From Nitrospirota bacterium (GTDB taxonomy: Bacteria; Nitrospirota; Thermodesulfovibrionia; Thermodesulfovibrionales; Dissulfurispiraceae): a stretch of DNA of 64,000 bases. The notes below the pieces were generated by a model, which had not been told where the DNA came from, did no database searches, and saw nothing but the letters and a program-made list of their open reading frames with translations. Shown one piece after another: positions 10,356 through 21,685 of the stretch. The DNA is taken from NCBI GenBank assembly GCA_963790025.1, contig CAWBMP010000003.1:96001-160000 (forward strand), written 5' to 3'. The first letter of the stretch is position 1. Each line of letters opens with the position of its first letter. A program made the position numbers and the translations under genes.

Positions 10356-11468
10356 ATGAATAAGGCGTTGCTTGTATTGGCGGATGGAACAGTTTTTGAG
10401 GGCAAGGGGTTCGGGGCCCCCGGCGAGACCGTAGGTGAAGTTGTGTTTAATACGTCCATGACCGGCTACCAGGAAATACTCACCGATTCATCATATAAGG
10501 GGCAGATAGTTACAATGACTTATAGCCAGATTGGTAATTACGGGGTAAATAGGGAGGATGTAGAATCATCAGGAGGCCCTAAAGTGGAGGGGTTTATCGT
10601 GAAGGAATATCTGGACTTCCCGAGCAACTGGCGCTCCGAGCTTTCACTGGGGCAGTATCTTCGAGAAAATAATATCACGGGGATTGAAGACCTCGATACA
10701 CGGGCACTGACGCGTCATTTGAGAAATCACGGCGCACAGATGGGAATTATCTCGACTACTGATACTGAGCCAATCAGCCTGCTTAAGAAAGTAAAGGCCC
10801 ATCCCGGAATCTCAGCCTATGATTATGTTGCAGAAGTTACGGCAAAATCTCCGTATAGATGGGATGAGAGCTGCTGGAATTGGTGCGTTGTTGAAAAACA
10901 ACTGCCATCTTTAAAGGTAGCAGTCTATGATTTCGGTGTTAAATTCAATATATTAAGGAATCTTGCCGAAGCAGGGTTTGAGGTGACAGTGGTGCCGGCA
11001 CAGACTCCTGTCGAGGCGGTACTCGAGATTGACCCTGACGGCATTATCCTGAGCAACGGGCCGGGAAATCCGGAAACTGTTACATACGGCGTTAAAAATG
11101 CACGAAAACTTTTTGGGAAGAAGCCCATATTCGGCATCTGTCTTGGCCACCAGATACTCGGTCTGGCGATGGGTGGCAAGACATATAAACTGAAATTCGG
11201 TCATCATGGAGGCAATCATCCTGTCAAAGATCTTCAGACCGGCAGGGTGGAGATAACATCCCAAAATCATAATTATTGCGTAGATATCCGCAGCGTCAGG
11301 GGCCAGGCCAGACTTACCCACAAGAACCTCTACGACGGCACGGAGGAAGGAATGCAGCATGTTGATTTGCCCATCATGTCTGTCCAGCATCATCCTGAAG
11401 CAGGTCCGGGTCCAAATGATTCCGCTCATCTGTTCAAACGCTTCAGGGACCTGATAAAAAGAGGATAA
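10356..11468 (+). CDS. carA: Carbamoyl-phosphate synthase small subunit
   Basis: GEVVFNTSMTGYQE, LSNGPG, GICLGHQ, QHHPEA. Confidence 0.97.
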   Translation: MNKALLVLADGTVFEGKGFGAPGETVGEVVFNTSMTGYQEILTDSSYKGQIVTMTYSQIGNYGVNREDVESSGGPKVEGFIVKEYLDFPSNWRSELSLGQYLRENNITGIEDLDTRALTRHLRNHGAQMGIISTTDTEPISLLKKVKAHPGISAYDYVAEVTAKSPYRWDESCWNWCVVEKQLPSLKVAVYDFGVKFNILRNLAEAGFEVTVVPAQTPVEAVLEIDPDGIILSNGPGNPETVTYGVKNARKLFGKKPIFGICLGHQILGLAMGGKTYKLKFGHHGGNHPVKDLQTGRVEITSQNHNYCVDIRSVRGQARLTHKNLYDGTEEGMQHVDLPIMSVQHHPEAGPGPNDSAHLFKRFRDLIKRG

Positions 11469-14400
11469 ATGCCTAAAAGGACGGATATAAAGAAGATACT
11501 TTTAATAGGCTCAGGGCCGATTGTAATCGGTCAGGCCTGTGAGTTCGACTATTCGGGTACGCAGGCATGTAAAGCGCTTCGTGAGGAAGGGTATACGGTG
11601 GTGCTCGTGAATTCCAATCCTGCAACGATAATGACCGACCCTGAAACTGCTGACGCAATTTACATCGAACCACTCTCTGTTGAATTTCTTGAGCTGATTA
11701 TAAAAAAAGAGAGACCGGATGTCATATTGCCGACCATGGGCGGTCAGACTGCCCTCAACCTGGCGGTGGAACTCTCTGAAACCGGCGTGCTCGATCGTTA
11801 CAAAGTGGAGTTGATAGGAGCGAAACTGCAGGCGATCAAAAAAGCTGAAGACAGGGAGTTGTTTAAAGTGGCGATGAGGAACATAGGACTGGAAGTCCCG
11901 AAGAGTGCAGCGATAACTGCCCTTCAGGACGGCCTGGATATTATAGAGCATCTGGGTTTTCCAGTTATTCTCCGCCCCGCATTCACTCTTGGGGGCGCAG
12001 GAGGAGGTATTGCATATAACATTGAGGAATACCGTGAACTCCTTGACAAGGGGCTGAAGCTTAGCCCTGTCAACCAGGTACTTGTCGAGGAGTCTGTTAT
12101 CGGATGGAAAGAGTATGAGCTGGAAGTGATGCGGGATAAAAAAGACAATGTAGTCATCATCTGTTCCATTGAGAATTTAGATCCGATGGGCATCCACACA
12201 GGCGATTCTATTACAGTGGCGCCGGCACAGACGCTGTCAGACAAGGAATACCAGAGGATGAGAGATGCCTCTATAGCGGTAATACGGGAAATTGGCGTTG
12301 ACACCGGTGGGTCCAATATCCAGTTTGCATTAGACCCCCGTAACGGAAGAATGGTTGTCATAGAGATGAACCCGAGGGTATCGAGGAGTTCGGCGCTTGC
12401 CAGCAAGGCGACAGGGTTTCCCATTGCAAAAATTGCTGCCAAGCTCGCTGTCGGATATGCCCTTGATGAGATAAGGAATGACATTACAAGGGAAACCCCG
12501 GCGTCATTTGAACCAGCTATCGATTACGTGGTGACAAAGATCCCGAGGTTCACTTTTGAAAAGTTTCCCGATGCTGATGCGACCCTAACGACTCAAATGA
12601 AGTCGGTCGGCGAGATAATGTCTATTGGCAGAACGTTCAAGGAATCTCTGCAGAAAGGGTTGAGAAGTCTTGAAACAGGTTCTGCAGGTTTAGAGCCTGT
12701 CGATAATTCAATCGAGGAGATAAGGGCAAAACTTAAAACTCCCAATGCCGATAGGATATGGTATATAACTCAGGCACTCAGACAGGGGATTTCGATTGAA
12801 GAGGTTTATTCGCTTACATGGGTGGACCCATGGTTTTTGCACAATATAAAGCAGATTATCGAGATGGAAGAGCGTTTAAAAGAGAAAGAATCGCTGTTTG
12901 TGGCTGAACTGATCGGGTTGCCACTGCTGAGGGAGGCAAAGGAATACGGTTTCTCCGACAAGCGCATTGCCGCATTGACCGGCACTCAGGAGAAAGACAT
13001 AAGGGACTTGCGGAGATCGAACGGAATAAAACCGGTATATAAGCTTGTCGATACATGCGCAGCCGAGTTCGAAGCCTATACCCCGTATCTTTATTCAACT
13101 TACGAGAAACCATTCTATTCGATTGCGGAAGGCGGAGTTCGGAATTCGGAATTAAAACCTGAAGCTGTCGAATGCGAAGCGAATCCGACCGGCAGGAAGA
13201 AAGTGATTATTCTCGGCTCTGGCCCGAACAGGGTGGGGCAGGGAATAGAGTTTGATTATTGTTGTGTCCATGCGGTATTTGCCCTCAAGGAGATCGGCTA
13301 CGAGACTATAATGATCAACTGCAACCCGGAAACGGTGAGTACTGATTACGATACAGCCGACCGCCTCTACTTTGAACCGCTGACACTGGAGGATGTCCTT
13401 AATATTATCGACATCGAGCAACCCGAGGGAGTTATCGTTCAGTTCGGCGGACAGACGCCACTTAAACTCGCAATCCCCCTTGAGAATGAGGGGGTAAGGA
13501 TACTTGGGACTTCTCCTTATTCCATTGATAGGGCCGAAGACAGGAAAAAGTTCAAGGAACTGCTGCACAAATTGGGGTTGAAACAGGCTGAAAGCGATAC
13601 AGCCATGTCCGTTAAAACGGCGCTTGCAGTGGCGGAAAAGATTGGATATCCGGTAATGGTGAGGCCCTCATATGTCTTGGGCGGCCGCGCAATGGAGATA
13701 GTTTATGATGAAAGCTCTCTGACTGATTACATGAAAAGGGCTGTTCAGGCATCACCTGAACACCCCATTCTGATAGACAAATATCTCGAAGATGCTATTG
13801 AAGTGGATGTGGATGCCATCTCCGACGGCTTCGACGTAGTAGTTGGCGGCGTTATGGAACACATTGAGGAGGCCGGTATTCATTCTGGAGATTCCGCCTG
13901 CTCTCTTCCGCCTTATTCGTTGCCGCCCCTGATTGTGGAAGAGATCAGGAAACAGACAAAAGCCCTTGCGAAGGAACTGGACGTAAAGGGGTTGATGAAT
14001 GTGCAGTTTGCCGTGAAGGATGGTGAAGTGTTCATACTGGAAGTTAACCCCCGCGGGTCAAGAACAATCCCTTATGTCAGTAAGGCCACCGGGGTGCCGC
14101 TTGCAAAGCTTGCTGCAAAGGTAATGCTTGGCAAGACCCTGAAGGAACTCGGCCTGACGAAAGAAAAAGAGATTACGCATGTTGCGGTAAAAGAAGCTGT
14201 CTTTCCCTTCGACCGTTTCCCGGGAGTAGATACCATACTGGGCCCTGAAATGAAATCGACAGGTGAAGTGATGGGCATTGATGAGGATTTCGGGCATGCC
14301 TATGCGAAAGCCCAGGCCGCAAGCTACAACAAGATCCCGTCGTCGGGAAAGATATTTATCAGCGTTAAAGATAAGGACAAAGCACATACCGTGGAGATAG

Positions 14401-14741
14401 CCAAAAAATTGGTCGATATGGGTTTTGGTCTTGTCGCCACCAAAGGGACCGCTCAATACCTGCAACAGAGCGGAATAGAGGTGGATGTTATTAATAAAGT
14501 TGCTGAAGGTCGTCCTCATATTGTAGACCTGATCAAGAACAGGGATGTACATTTCGTAATAAATACGGTAACCGGAACTCAGGCACAGAAAGATTCCCTT
14601 TCTATAAGAAGAAGTGCGCTGCAATTCAAAGTCCCATGCACGACAACCATATCCGGTGCACGGGCAGTAGTTAAAGCCATTGAAATGCTCCAAGAGAAAG
14701 CAGTGAGCATCAAGTCGATTCAGGAATATCATAAAGGGTAA
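11469..14741 (+). CDS. carB: Carbamoyl-phosphate synthase large subunit
   Basis: [30 protein letters not shown]; duplicated ATP-grasp domains; C-terminal MGS domain. Confidence 0.98.
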   Translation: MPKRTDIKKILLIGSGPIVIGQACEFDYSGTQACKALREEGYTVVLVNSNPATIMTDPETADAIYIEPLSVEFLELIIKKERPDVILPTMGGQTALNLAVELSETGVLDRYKVELIGAKLQAIKKAEDRELFKVAMRNIGLEVPKSAAITALQDGLDIIEHLGFPVILRPAFTLGGAGGGIAYNIEEYRELLDKGLKLSPVNQVLVEESVIGWKEYELEVMRDKKDNVVIICSIENLDPMGIHTGDSITVAPAQTLSDKEYQRMRDASIAVIREIGVDTGGSNIQFALDPRNGRMVVIEMNPRVSRSSALASKATGFPIAKIAAKLAVGYALDEIRNDITRETPASFEPAIDYVVTKIPRFTFEKFPDADATLTTQMKSVGEIMSIGRTFKESLQKGLRSLETGSAGLEPVDNSIEEIRAKLKTPNADRIWYITQALRQGISIEEVYSLTWVDPWFLHNIKQIIEMEERLKEKESLFVAELIGLPLLREAKEYGFSDKRIAALTGTQEKDIRDLRRSNGIKPVYKLVDTCAAEFEAYTPYLYSTYEKPFYSIAEGGVRNSELKPEAVECEANPTGRKKVIILGSGPNRVGQGIEFDYCCVHAVFALKEIGYETIMINCNPETVSTDYDTADRLYFEPLTLEDVLNIIDIEQPEGVIVQFGGQTPLKLAIPLENEGVRILGTSPYSIDRAEDRKKFKELLHKLGLKQAESDTAMSVKTALAVAEKIGYPVMVRPSYVLGGRAMEIVYDESSLTDYMKRAVQASPEHPILIDKYLEDAIEVDVDAISDGFDVVVGGVMEHIEEAGIHSGDSACSLPPYSLPPLIVEEIRKQTKALAKELDVKGLMNVQFAVKDGEVFILEVNPRGSRTIPYVSKATGVPLAKLAAKVMLGKTLKELGLTKEKEITHVAVKEAVFPFDRFPGVDTILGPEMKSTGEVMGIDEDFGHAYAKAQAASYNKIPSSGKIFISVKDKDKAHTVEIAKKLVDMGFGLVATKGTAQYLQQSGIEVDVINKVAEGRPHIVDLIKNRDVHFVINTVTGTQAQKDSLSIRRSALQFKVPCTTTISGARAVVKAIEMLQEKAVSIKSIQEYHKG

Positions 14742-14813
14742 AAGAGTTAATGAGTGGATGAGTTTTCAGGAAGCCTTTACTCATTGACCCATATACCCAT
14801 TTACTCATTCACC
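14735..14813. repeat. Inverted array of 8-nt units (aatgagtN / ttactcat) at carB-fmdE junction
   Basis: gggtaaaa gagttaat gagtggat gagt ... ttactcat tgacccat atacccat ttactcat tcacc. Confidence 0.7.
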
Positions 14814-14857
14814 GGTTCATTTGAGCATTCATTTGAGCTATACTAAGACCAGGAGGC

Positions 14858-15502
14858 ATGCAGGTTATGGATGGACATGATTTTGATTTCCTCTTGGAGG
14901 AATCGGCTATGCTTCACGGTCATCTTTGCCCGGGACAGGTATTGGGTGTGAGGATGGCTATGCTGGGACTCAGGGCTGTCGCCATCGATGATCCAAAGGG
15001 AATAGACAGAAAAAATCTTATTGTTTTTGTTGAAATGGACAGATGTGCTACCGATGCCCTGCAATCGGTCACGGGATGCAGTCTCGGCAAGAGAACGATG
15101 AAATTCATGGACTACGGAAAAATGGCTGCGACATTCGTCAACATATCGACGGGCAGGGCTGTACGGGTGATTGCACGGGAAGAATCCCGGGCTATAGCTG
15201 ATAGTCTCTGCCTTGAAATGGACGACAAATATGCCGCACAGATCGAGGCGTACAAGATCATGCCTGAAGAATCGCTTTTTGAAGCAGTAGAGGTTTCGGT
15301 TGAAATAAAGCCCGAGGATATGCCTGGGAGGCCTTTGTGCAGGGTGCAATGCTCTTCATGTGGAGAATACATCCAGGATATGCGGGAGATACTCCGTGCA
15401 GGTAAGATTTTTTGCAGGTCCTGTGCCGATGGTGCTTACTACTATGTCAAGCACACCACAGCCGACAACAGGCAAAAGCGGCAGCGCAGTAATTCTTACT
15501 GA
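14858..15502 (+). CDS. FmdE/FwdE family protein with C-terminal zinc finger
   Basis: HGHLCPGQVLGVR, DRCATDALQSVTGCSLGK, CSSCGE...CRSC. Confidence 0.88.
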   Translation: MQVMDGHDFDFLLEESAMLHGHLCPGQVLGVRMAMLGLRAVAIDDPKGIDRKNLIVFVEMDRCATDALQSVTGCSLGKRTMKFMDYGKMAATFVNISTGRAVRVIAREESRAIADSLCLEMDDKYAAQIEAYKIMPEESLFEAVEVSVEIKPEDMPGRPLCRVQCSSCGEYIQDMREILRAGKIFCRSCADGAYYYVKHTTADNRQKRQRSNSY

Positions 15503-15563
15503 TGACGTGCGCTGCTTTCTGAATTTGACTTGCCAATTCTTTTCTGATATTCTCATTTGAGCA

Positions 15564-16340
15564 ATGAAAACATTATGGATAGTCCTTGTTATTTTGCTGA
15601 AGACGGTCGCATCAGTATCTGCTTTTGAGGTAGAAGGATTGCAGCCGCTCGCTCCGTACGGTGAATTTTCCACATTCAGCGCAGATAGCCTTGAGCACAA
15701 CCATGTGGGTATTGGCGAGCAGTTTGAGAAAGTTGTGAAACCTAATTTTTATCGTGCAACGACAGAGATCGCATATGGACTCCATGACCGGTTTGAAATC
15801 GATATGACTTTTCCCTATGTATTTAATTATGAAAAAAAAATTGACGGTCCCGAAGACGTAAACTTCGGAATCAGGCACAGGGTCCTGGATGAGGGGACGT
15901 ATAACCCGGCAATAGCCTATATGCTTACGTTTGCTGCACCCACGGGCAGGGACCAGTTCTCTACCAATGGAGAGCATGGTGCGGGGCTGTTGTTCACCAA
16001 GAAGATAGGGCCGTTCAAGGGAGATGTGAATATATTGGCTGAAAAGCCGGGCGAGTCGTATTTGCATAGTCAGTATAAATTTAACATCGGGACCGAACTG
16101 GCAATAACTCACGATTCAAATATCCTCGCCGAGTTGATTACAAGAAAGGACTATTTTAAAACCAAGATAGACCTTGTGGAATGGAGGGTCGGATACAGGA
16201 TTGCCACTTTGGATAACCTGTATACAACCATTGGGGGAGGTTTTAACCTCGAAAACCGCAGCCCCGATTTCCGCTTCTTATTTTCGGTAAGCGTTATTTT
16301 GCCCAAAGAAAAGAAAAAACTAGAAAGAATTTACGAATAG
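15564..16340 (+). CDS. Exported protein, probable outer-membrane beta-barrel of unknown function
   Basis: Signal peptide ending SVSA; alternating aromatic/hydrophobic strands (GDVNILAE, KFNIGTE, EWRVGYR, FRFLFSVSV). Confidence 0.6.
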   Translation: MKTLWIVLVILLKTVASVSAFEVEGLQPLAPYGEFSTFSADSLEHNHVGIGEQFEKVVKPNFYRATTEIAYGLHDRFEIDMTFPYVFNYEKKIDGPEDVNFGIRHRVLDEGTYNPAIAYMLTFAAPTGRDQFSTNGEHGAGLLFTKKIGPFKGDVNILAEKPGESYLHSQYKFNIGTELAITHDSNILAELITRKDYFKTKIDLVEWRVGYRIATLDNLYTTIGGGFNLENRSPDFRFLFSVSVILPKEKKKLERIYE

Positions 16341-16372
16341 TACCGCAATCGTATGTGTTATACTATTCCGAT

Positions 16373-16660
16373 ATGTTTGATTTTACATTAACTGAACTTC
16401 TGGTAATTTTTGTAGTTGCACTGTTGGTCTTTGGCCCAAAGAAACTTCCTGAACTCGGGAAGGCATTCGGCAGAGGAATCGGCGAGTTTAAAAGGGCACT
16501 AAATGGGGTCAAGGAGAACATGGACGCTGAAGTCTACACTGCTTCCGAGCCTCCTGCAACCCCTGATCAACGCCCTGAACATAAAAACACTTCAACAGTG
16601 GATATGCATGATTCGAACGGCAAGGCACAAGACGACACTTCACATAAAGATCACGCCTGA
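16373..16660 (+). CDS. tatB: Twin-arginine translocase TatA/TatB family subunit
   Basis: MFDFTLTELLVIFVVALLVFGPKKLPEL; directly upstream of tatC. Confidence 0.8.
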   Translation: MFDFTLTELLVIFVVALLVFGPKKLPELGKAFGRGIGEFKRALNGVKENMDAEVYTASEPPATPDQRPEHKNTSTVDMHDSNGKAQDDTSHKDHA

Positions 16661-16689
16661 TTCTTTCTGCTTCAGCCTGGAGACCCTGG

Positions 16690-17496
16690 ATGGCAAACGA
16701 TAAAATGCCCCTGATGGAACATCTAGGCGAACTCCGCAAGAGAATTATTATCTCACTTATTGCCCTGGGAGTGACCTTTGCTGTTGCTTTCAATTATTCC
16801 GAAGACATTTTCAGGTTTATCATGTTTCCCCTGAAGTACAGTCTGGATTTTTCCGCAAAGAAGTTATTATTTCATTTTGTTCCTCAAGATAAGCTCCATA
16901 ATACAAAACTGGTTTTTCTTGCACCGGTTGAGGCGTTCTGGATGAACCTGAAAGTCGCTTTTGTGGCAGGGTTGATTTTGGCCTTGCCGGTAATTTTTCA
17001 TCAGCTTTGGCTGTTTATATCTCCCGGACTTCTCCCAAAAGAAAAAAAATATGTTCTGCCTTTCATTTTTATTGCTACCTGTCTTTTCCTTGCCGGGGCG
17101 GCCTTCTGTTTCTTTATAGTATTGCCTTTTGCAATGGGATTTCTCCTGACTTACAAGGTTGGAGATTTTCTCATGCCCATGCTTTCCGTTGGGCAATACA
17201 CAGACTTTTGTCTTAAGTTCATTCTCGCTTTCGGTGTCATATTCGAACTTCCCATAGCTATTATTTTCCTGACAAAAATGGGTATTGTAACTCCTAGTGG
17301 ACTTGCAAGAAACAGAAAGTTTGCAGTCTTGTTTGCTTTTATCGCCGGTGCTATCCTGACACCCACACCCGATGCTTTTAATCAGACACTTATGGCTGTT
17401 CCGATAATTCTGCTTTATGAAGTCGGGATATGGGTCTCACCGCTTTTTGTTAAAAAGAAGGAGGAGACACCTGAAGCTGCAAATGATGGAAGTTAA
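16690..17496 (+). CDS. tatC: Twin-arginine translocase subunit TatC
   Basis: MPLMEHLGELRKR, WLFISPGLLPKEKK, FGVIFELP, LTPTPDAFNQ. Confidence 0.96.
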   Translation: MANDKMPLMEHLGELRKRIIISLIALGVTFAVAFNYSEDIFRFIMFPLKYSLDFSAKKLLFHFVPQDKLHNTKLVFLAPVEAFWMNLKVAFVAGLILALPVIFHQLWLFISPGLLPKEKKYVLPFIFIATCLFLAGAAFCFFIVLPFAMGFLLTYKVGDFLMPMLSVGQYTDFCLKFILAFGVIFELPIAIIFLTKMGIVTPSGLARNRKFAVLFAFIAGAILTPTPDAFNQTLMAVPIILLYEVGIWVSPLFVKKKEETPEAANDGS

Positions 17497-17520
17497 ATTT
17501 TAACCAAGTTAAGAGATTTT

Positions 17521-17799
17521 ATGAACAGTAAGGGTAAAAGGAATTTCAAGGCAATAACATCGGAAATTGCTGATGGTTATGTAACGGTAAACCCACTTTT
17601 CCTGAAGCCTTTCAATGAGGAATCGCTCAAGTCGCTCTATTCGATGGTGATGAGGATGCAAACAGAAATTCGCATCGAGCCTTTTCCCTATAACGAAATC
17701 GAACGCATAAGAAAACGGAGCTTGAAACTTCAGAGACTATATGCCGCGCTGATAGTCATAAAAAATATCGCGCGTGAGAGGAAGTACAAGTTTTACTAG
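17521..17799 (+). CDS. Hypothetical basic protein (92 aa)
   Basis: Clean ORF co-oriented after tatC; no recognised motif. Confidence 0.6.
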   Translation: MNSKGKRNFKAITSEIADGYVTVNPLFLKPFNEESLKSLYSMVMRMQTEIRIEPFPYNEIERIRKRSLKLQRLYAALIVIKNIARERKYKFY

Positions 17800-17803
17800 A
17801 GAA

Positions 17804-17917
17804 CAGGTATAGGCAAAGGTAAAGGCATAGCAACAGGCACAAGTCTGGCTGGAAGTTTCTTTTATTTTTTCTCTATCTCTGCCTCTACCTTTGCCTTTTT
17901 TTGTTGCGTTGCCTGTA
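17804..17917. repeat. Inverted array of 6-nt units (aggcaa / ttgcct); one arm inside the 3' end of the Gx-transporter gene
   Basis: aggtat aggcaa aggtaa aggcat agcaac aggcac ... ctctat ctctgc ctctac ctttgc cttt. Confidence 0.55.
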
Positions 17918-18404
17918 TCTCGCGTATCAGATACCTTGCCGCCATGCCGTTACATGCGCCCGTAAAAGTAGCGGCTGCAACCAGGAAGGGCAGCACTACC
18001 AGGATTGCCTGAATGTTCCGTACAAACAGCAAATAGGCTGTAAAAAGTTGCGCTGTATTATGGAAAAAAGCGCCGATCAGACTAATGCCCAAGGGACCGA
18101 AAAGACCCGGGAATAGAGTCACCGCAATGCCCATTGAAACGGTCCCCGCCAAGCCGCCGCTCAGGCTGAGGAAAAAGGCCGGTCCCAAAAAAGTTCCCAG
18201 AAGCAAAGAACCAAGTACAACTCTCACCATAGTCACTATCAACGCAGGTCTTATTCCATAAAAAAATAGTGTAATAACAGTAATTATATTTGAAAGTCCC
18301 AGGCGTAACCATGGGATAGGAGTAGGGATGAGCGCCTCCAGGCCGTGCAGCGCAAGGGCATATGATGCCAGAAGCGCAATGCGATATCTATCCGCTGATT
18401 GCAT
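17862..18404 (-). CDS. Gx transporter family membrane protein (heptaprenyl diphosphate synthase component I / EetB-like)
   Basis: LEALIPTPIPWLRLGLSNI, SLSGG, GAFFHNTAQL motifs. Confidence 0.85.
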   Translation of the reverse strand: MQSADRYRIALLASYALALHGLEALIPTPIPWLRLGLSNIITVITLFFYGIRPALIVTMVRVVLGSLLLGTFLGPAFFLSLSGGLAGTVSMGIAVTLFPGLFGPLGISLIGAFFHNTAQLFTAYLLFVRNIQAILVVLPFLVAAATFTGACNGMAARYLIREIQATQQKKAKVEAEIEKK

Positions 18405-18765
18405 CCGGGTCTTTGCTCTTGTCCGGTCCTGAAACAGTTACGACAACCCTGTTTGGAAGACATACAATAGAGCCCTTTTCAATCCACCCCTCATGTATAC
18501 AGATCTTGTTGATGCAAGGAGCATCTTTTATTCTCACCTTGCCGCCTTTGATCTCAACCGTGGTCTCTCCGATGGCCCCGTTGACCTCCACCGTTCTGTC
18601 AGTACTAAGGGGAAAGGTATATTTGAGCTTGCCGTCAACCTCTATTCTGACTTCACTCCCTTTAGGAGTTATGTCTTTAACGTAAGCAAAACTATAAAAA
18701 GACAGAAAGATACATATTGAGAGCAGGACTTTATCGCCAAGTGTGATGTTATTATTGCCGTTCAT
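18388..18765 (-). CDS. NusG domain II-containing exported protein (DUF1312 / EetA-like)
   Basis: N-terminal TM after GD; PCINKICIHEGWI...IVCLPNRVVV. Confidence 0.85.
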   Translation of the reverse strand: MNGNNNITLGDKVLLSICIFLSFYSFAYVKDITPKGSEVRIEVDGKLKYTFPLSTDRTVEVNGAIGETTVEIKGGKVRIKDAPCINKICIHEGWIEKGSIVCLPNRVVVTVSGPDKSKDPDAISG

Positions 18766-18772
18766 TGCATCC

Positions 18773-21304
18773 TCATAGCATCCTCTGGGCCAAGAATCTT
18801 CCGGTATGTGAATTTACGTTGGCGGCCACTACTTCGGGGGCCCCTACGGCGATGATCCTGCCTCCGTCATTGCCTCCTTCAGGGCCGAGGTCGATAATGT
18901 AGTCGGCTGATTTTATAATGTCGATATCATGTTCGATGACGATGACGCTGTTGCCCATATCAACCAGTCTGTTAATAACATTCAGCAGACGCTGCACATC
19001 AACGAAGTGCAGCCCTGTTGTCGGTTCATCAAGAATGTATAACGTATTTCCTGTCGCCTTTTTGCCGAGTTCTTTTGAGAGCCTCAAGCGCTGGGATTCA
19101 CCCCCGGACAGAGTCGTTGCCGGTTGACCCAGTTTTAAGTATCCCATCCCGATATCTTCGAGGATATCAAGGCGCTGCTTGAGGGGAGGGATTGCAGAAA
19201 AGAAGTCAAGCGCCTCCGAAATCGTCATTTCAAGAACTTCTGCAATGTTCTTCCCTTTGTAATAGATATCAAGCGTTTCTTTATTATACCGTTTCCCCTT
19301 GCATACATCACAGGTTACATAAACATTCGGCAGAAAGTGCATCTCAATTTTTTTGAGGCCATCGCCCTGGCAGGTTTCACATCGGCCTCCGGCAAGATTA
19401 AAACTGAACCGGGAGACCTTGTAACCTCTCACTCTAGATTCGACAAGCTGAGCAAAAAGGTCCCGTATAAAAGTGAATATTCCGGTGTAAGTTGCAGGAT
19501 TTGACCTTGGAGTCCTTCCCAAAGGCGATTGATCGACGCAAATCACTTTATCTATTTTTTCGAGTCCTTCAATGCGCCGGTGTTTTCCGGGGATTACCTT
19601 ACTTTTATACAAGTGTTTCGCGAGCGTTTTGTATAAGACTTCAAATATTAAGGTGCTTTTGCCGGAACCCGACACACCTGTGATGCAGACAAAAGCGGCG
19701 AGTGGAATGGAAACATCTATATCTCTGAGGTTGAACTCGGATGCCCCCTCAATTGCCAGGAACTCTTTCGGTATCCGACGTTTTCCCGGCACGGGGATAA
19801 CGAGCTTTTTGCTCAAATATTTTCCGGTGATGGATGATTCGCAATTCTGAATTTCTTCAGGCGTGCCTGAGGCAATAATCCAGCCGCCATTTTTACCGGC
19901 TCCGGGTCCCATATCGATAATGTAGTCTGCCCAACGGATAGTTTGCTCATCGTGCTCAACAATAATGACGGTATTACCGCTGTCACGTATTGAGGCAAGG
20001 TTATTGAGAAGTTTGGCGCAGTCCTTCGGGTGCAATCCTATGCTGGGTTCGTCGAGGACGTACAGAACACCGGTGAAGGAGGAGCCCAGTTGTGTCGCCA
20101 GCCTCATCCTCTGCGCCTCTCCTCCCGAGAGGGTGAGTGAGGGTCTGTCGAGCGTCAGATAGCCGAGGCCTACTTTCTCAAGGAAGGAAAGCCTGTCACT
20201 GACCTCTTTCAGGACCCTTTTTGAGATGATCATTTCTCTTTCGGAGAGTGTGAGGCCGTTTATATATGTTTTCGCCTCTTCAACCGACATTGCCGAGAAT
20301 TTTCCGATATTAATATTATTGATCTTCACGTTCAGGGCTTCTTTTCTAAGCCTCATGCCTCCGCAAGCCTTGCAGGGGGTCAAATGGGTCAGGTCACTCT
20401 CGTAAATGTCATCCGGGAAATCATCATCGTCGATGCCTTCAAACCCCATACCGTTGCATTTTTGACAGGCGCCATATTTGCTGTTGAACGAAAACAGGCG
20501 CGGCTCTATTTCAGGATAACTTATACCGCAGTTAGGGCAGGCGAGCGTTTTGCTGAAAGGAATGTCCCTGTTTTCATCAATCAGATTTATTATCACCGTA
20601 TCTGCGTATTTTAGGGAAGTGTCTATGGCATGCTTTATCTGCCGCTCTATACCCGGTTTTATTATAAACCGGTCAATGACGATCTCAATGGTGTGGCGCT
20701 GCTGTTTTTTGAGTATAATATCCTGGGTGAGCTCCATCATTATTCCGTCGATCCTGGCCCTGACAAATCCGTCTAGTCTCATCTGCTGGAGTTCTTTTTT
20801 ATATTCTCCCTTTCTCCCTCTTACCAGTGGAGCAAGCACCTGAATTCTTGTGCCCTCGGGAAGCGAGGATACCGGCACGATGATATTGCTGATATCTTGC
20901 GTTGCTATAACGGCGCCGCACTGGTAGCAATAGGGTGTACCGATGCGTGTATATAATACTCTCATGTAGTCATAGGTTTCAGTGATGGTGCCCACGGTAG
21001 ACCTTGGGCTTTTGGTCACCGTATTCTGGTCAATAGCAATGGAAGGCGAGAGCCCGTCAATATAGTCGAGTTCCGGTTTTTGCATCTGTTCAAGGAACTG
21101 CCGGGCATAGGATGACAGGCTCTCTACATAACGCCTTTGCCCTTCAGCATAAATAGTGTCCATGGCAAGCGACGATTTTCCCGAACCCGAGGGCCCGGTA
21201 ATAACGGTAATTTTGTCCCTCGGAATCACAACATCGATATTCTTCAGGTTGTGCTCGCGTGCACCCCTTACGACAATGTATTTTCGTATGCCTTTAGTAT
21301 TCAT
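18773..21304 (-). CDS. uvrA: Excinuclease ABC subunit A (short form lacking insertion domain)
   Basis: GAREHNLKN, two Walker A motifs ([16 protein letters not shown]), [16 protein letters not shown], zinc-finger CxxC pairs; 843 aa. Confidence 0.95.
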   Translation of the reverse strand: MNTKGIRKYIVVRGAREHNLKNIDVVIPRDKITVITGPSGSGKSSLAMDTIYAEGQRRYVESLSSYARQFLEQMQKPELDYIDGLSPSIAIDQNTVTKSPRSTVGTITETYDYMRVLYTRIGTPYCYQCGAVIATQDISNIIVPVSSLPEGTRIQVLAPLVRGRKGEYKKELQQMRLDGFVRARIDGIMMELTQDIILKKQQRHTIEIVIDRFIIKPGIERQIKHAIDTSLKYADTVIINLIDENRDIPFSKTLACPNCGISYPEIEPRLFSFNSKYGACQKCNGMGFEGIDDDDFPDDIYESDLTHLTPCKACGGMRLRKEALNVKINNINIGKFSAMSVEEAKTYINGLTLSEREMIISKRVLKEVSDRLSFLEKVGLGYLTLDRPSLTLSGGEAQRMRLATQLGSSFTGVLYVLDEPSIGLHPKDCAKLLNNLASIRDSGNTVIIVEHDEQTIRWADYIIDMGPGAGKNGGWIIASGTPEEIQNCESSITGKYLSKKLVIPVPGKRRIPKEFLAIEGASEFNLRDIDVSIPLAAFVCITGVSGSGKSTLIFEVLYKTLAKHLYKSKVIPGKHRRIEGLEKIDKVICVDQSPLGRTPRSNPATYTGIFTFIRDLFAQLVESRVRGYKVSRFSFNLAGGRCETCQGDGLKKIEMHFLPNVYVTCDVCKGKRYNKETLDIYYKGKNIAEVLEMTISEALDFFSAIPPLKQRLDILEDIGMGYLKLGQPATTLSGGESQRLRLSKELGKKATGNTLYILDEPTTGLHFVDVQRLLNVINRLVDMGNSVIVIEHDIDIIKSADYIIDLGPEGGNDGGRIIAVGAPEVVAANVNSHTGRFLAQRML

Positions 21305-21452
21305 TTAACATTTATTATAACTCAAGATTGATAAGAGATGCGTCGACGAGGCAGCAGGTCAGCATGTACTAGCCTCATGATCGGACAGAATCTGAAGCAG
21401 CAAACCAAGAATAAGCATTTCAGTCTGATTTTCAAGGGAAAAAAAATTTAAC

Positions 21453-21497
21453 TTGACGCGATAATAGTTAATATCCGTAAAATAGGATATTCACTAT
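21453..21497 (+). promoter_or_regulatory. Putative promoter with overlapping 13-bp inverted repeat upstream of FabD-like gene
   Basis: TTGACG (21453), 19 bp, TAAAAT (21478); atagttaatatcc / ggatattcactat (12/13 paired) flank the -10. Confidence 0.45.
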
Positions 21498-21685
21498 GCC
21501 GGGCAGGCAAAAGTTACAAGGTAATCTCAAAGCTGGGTGAATAGACTACAATTAGATTTAACTGATGCCATGTATGAAATCAGAATCTTTTTTATTAACA
21601 AACTGTTAACAGTAAAAATAAGTTTTAGAACAAGAGATTACAAAATAACCATTTCCCCCACGCTATTTGTTTAAGGAGGAGAATC

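Noticed and set aside
21500..21570. GGCAAA...CAAAGC...TGCC resembling a c-di-GMP-I riboswitch upstream of the FabD-like gene
   Set aside because: Lacks the GNRA tetraloop, the GACGC segment and a convincing P3/receptor; an Infernal scan would be needed.
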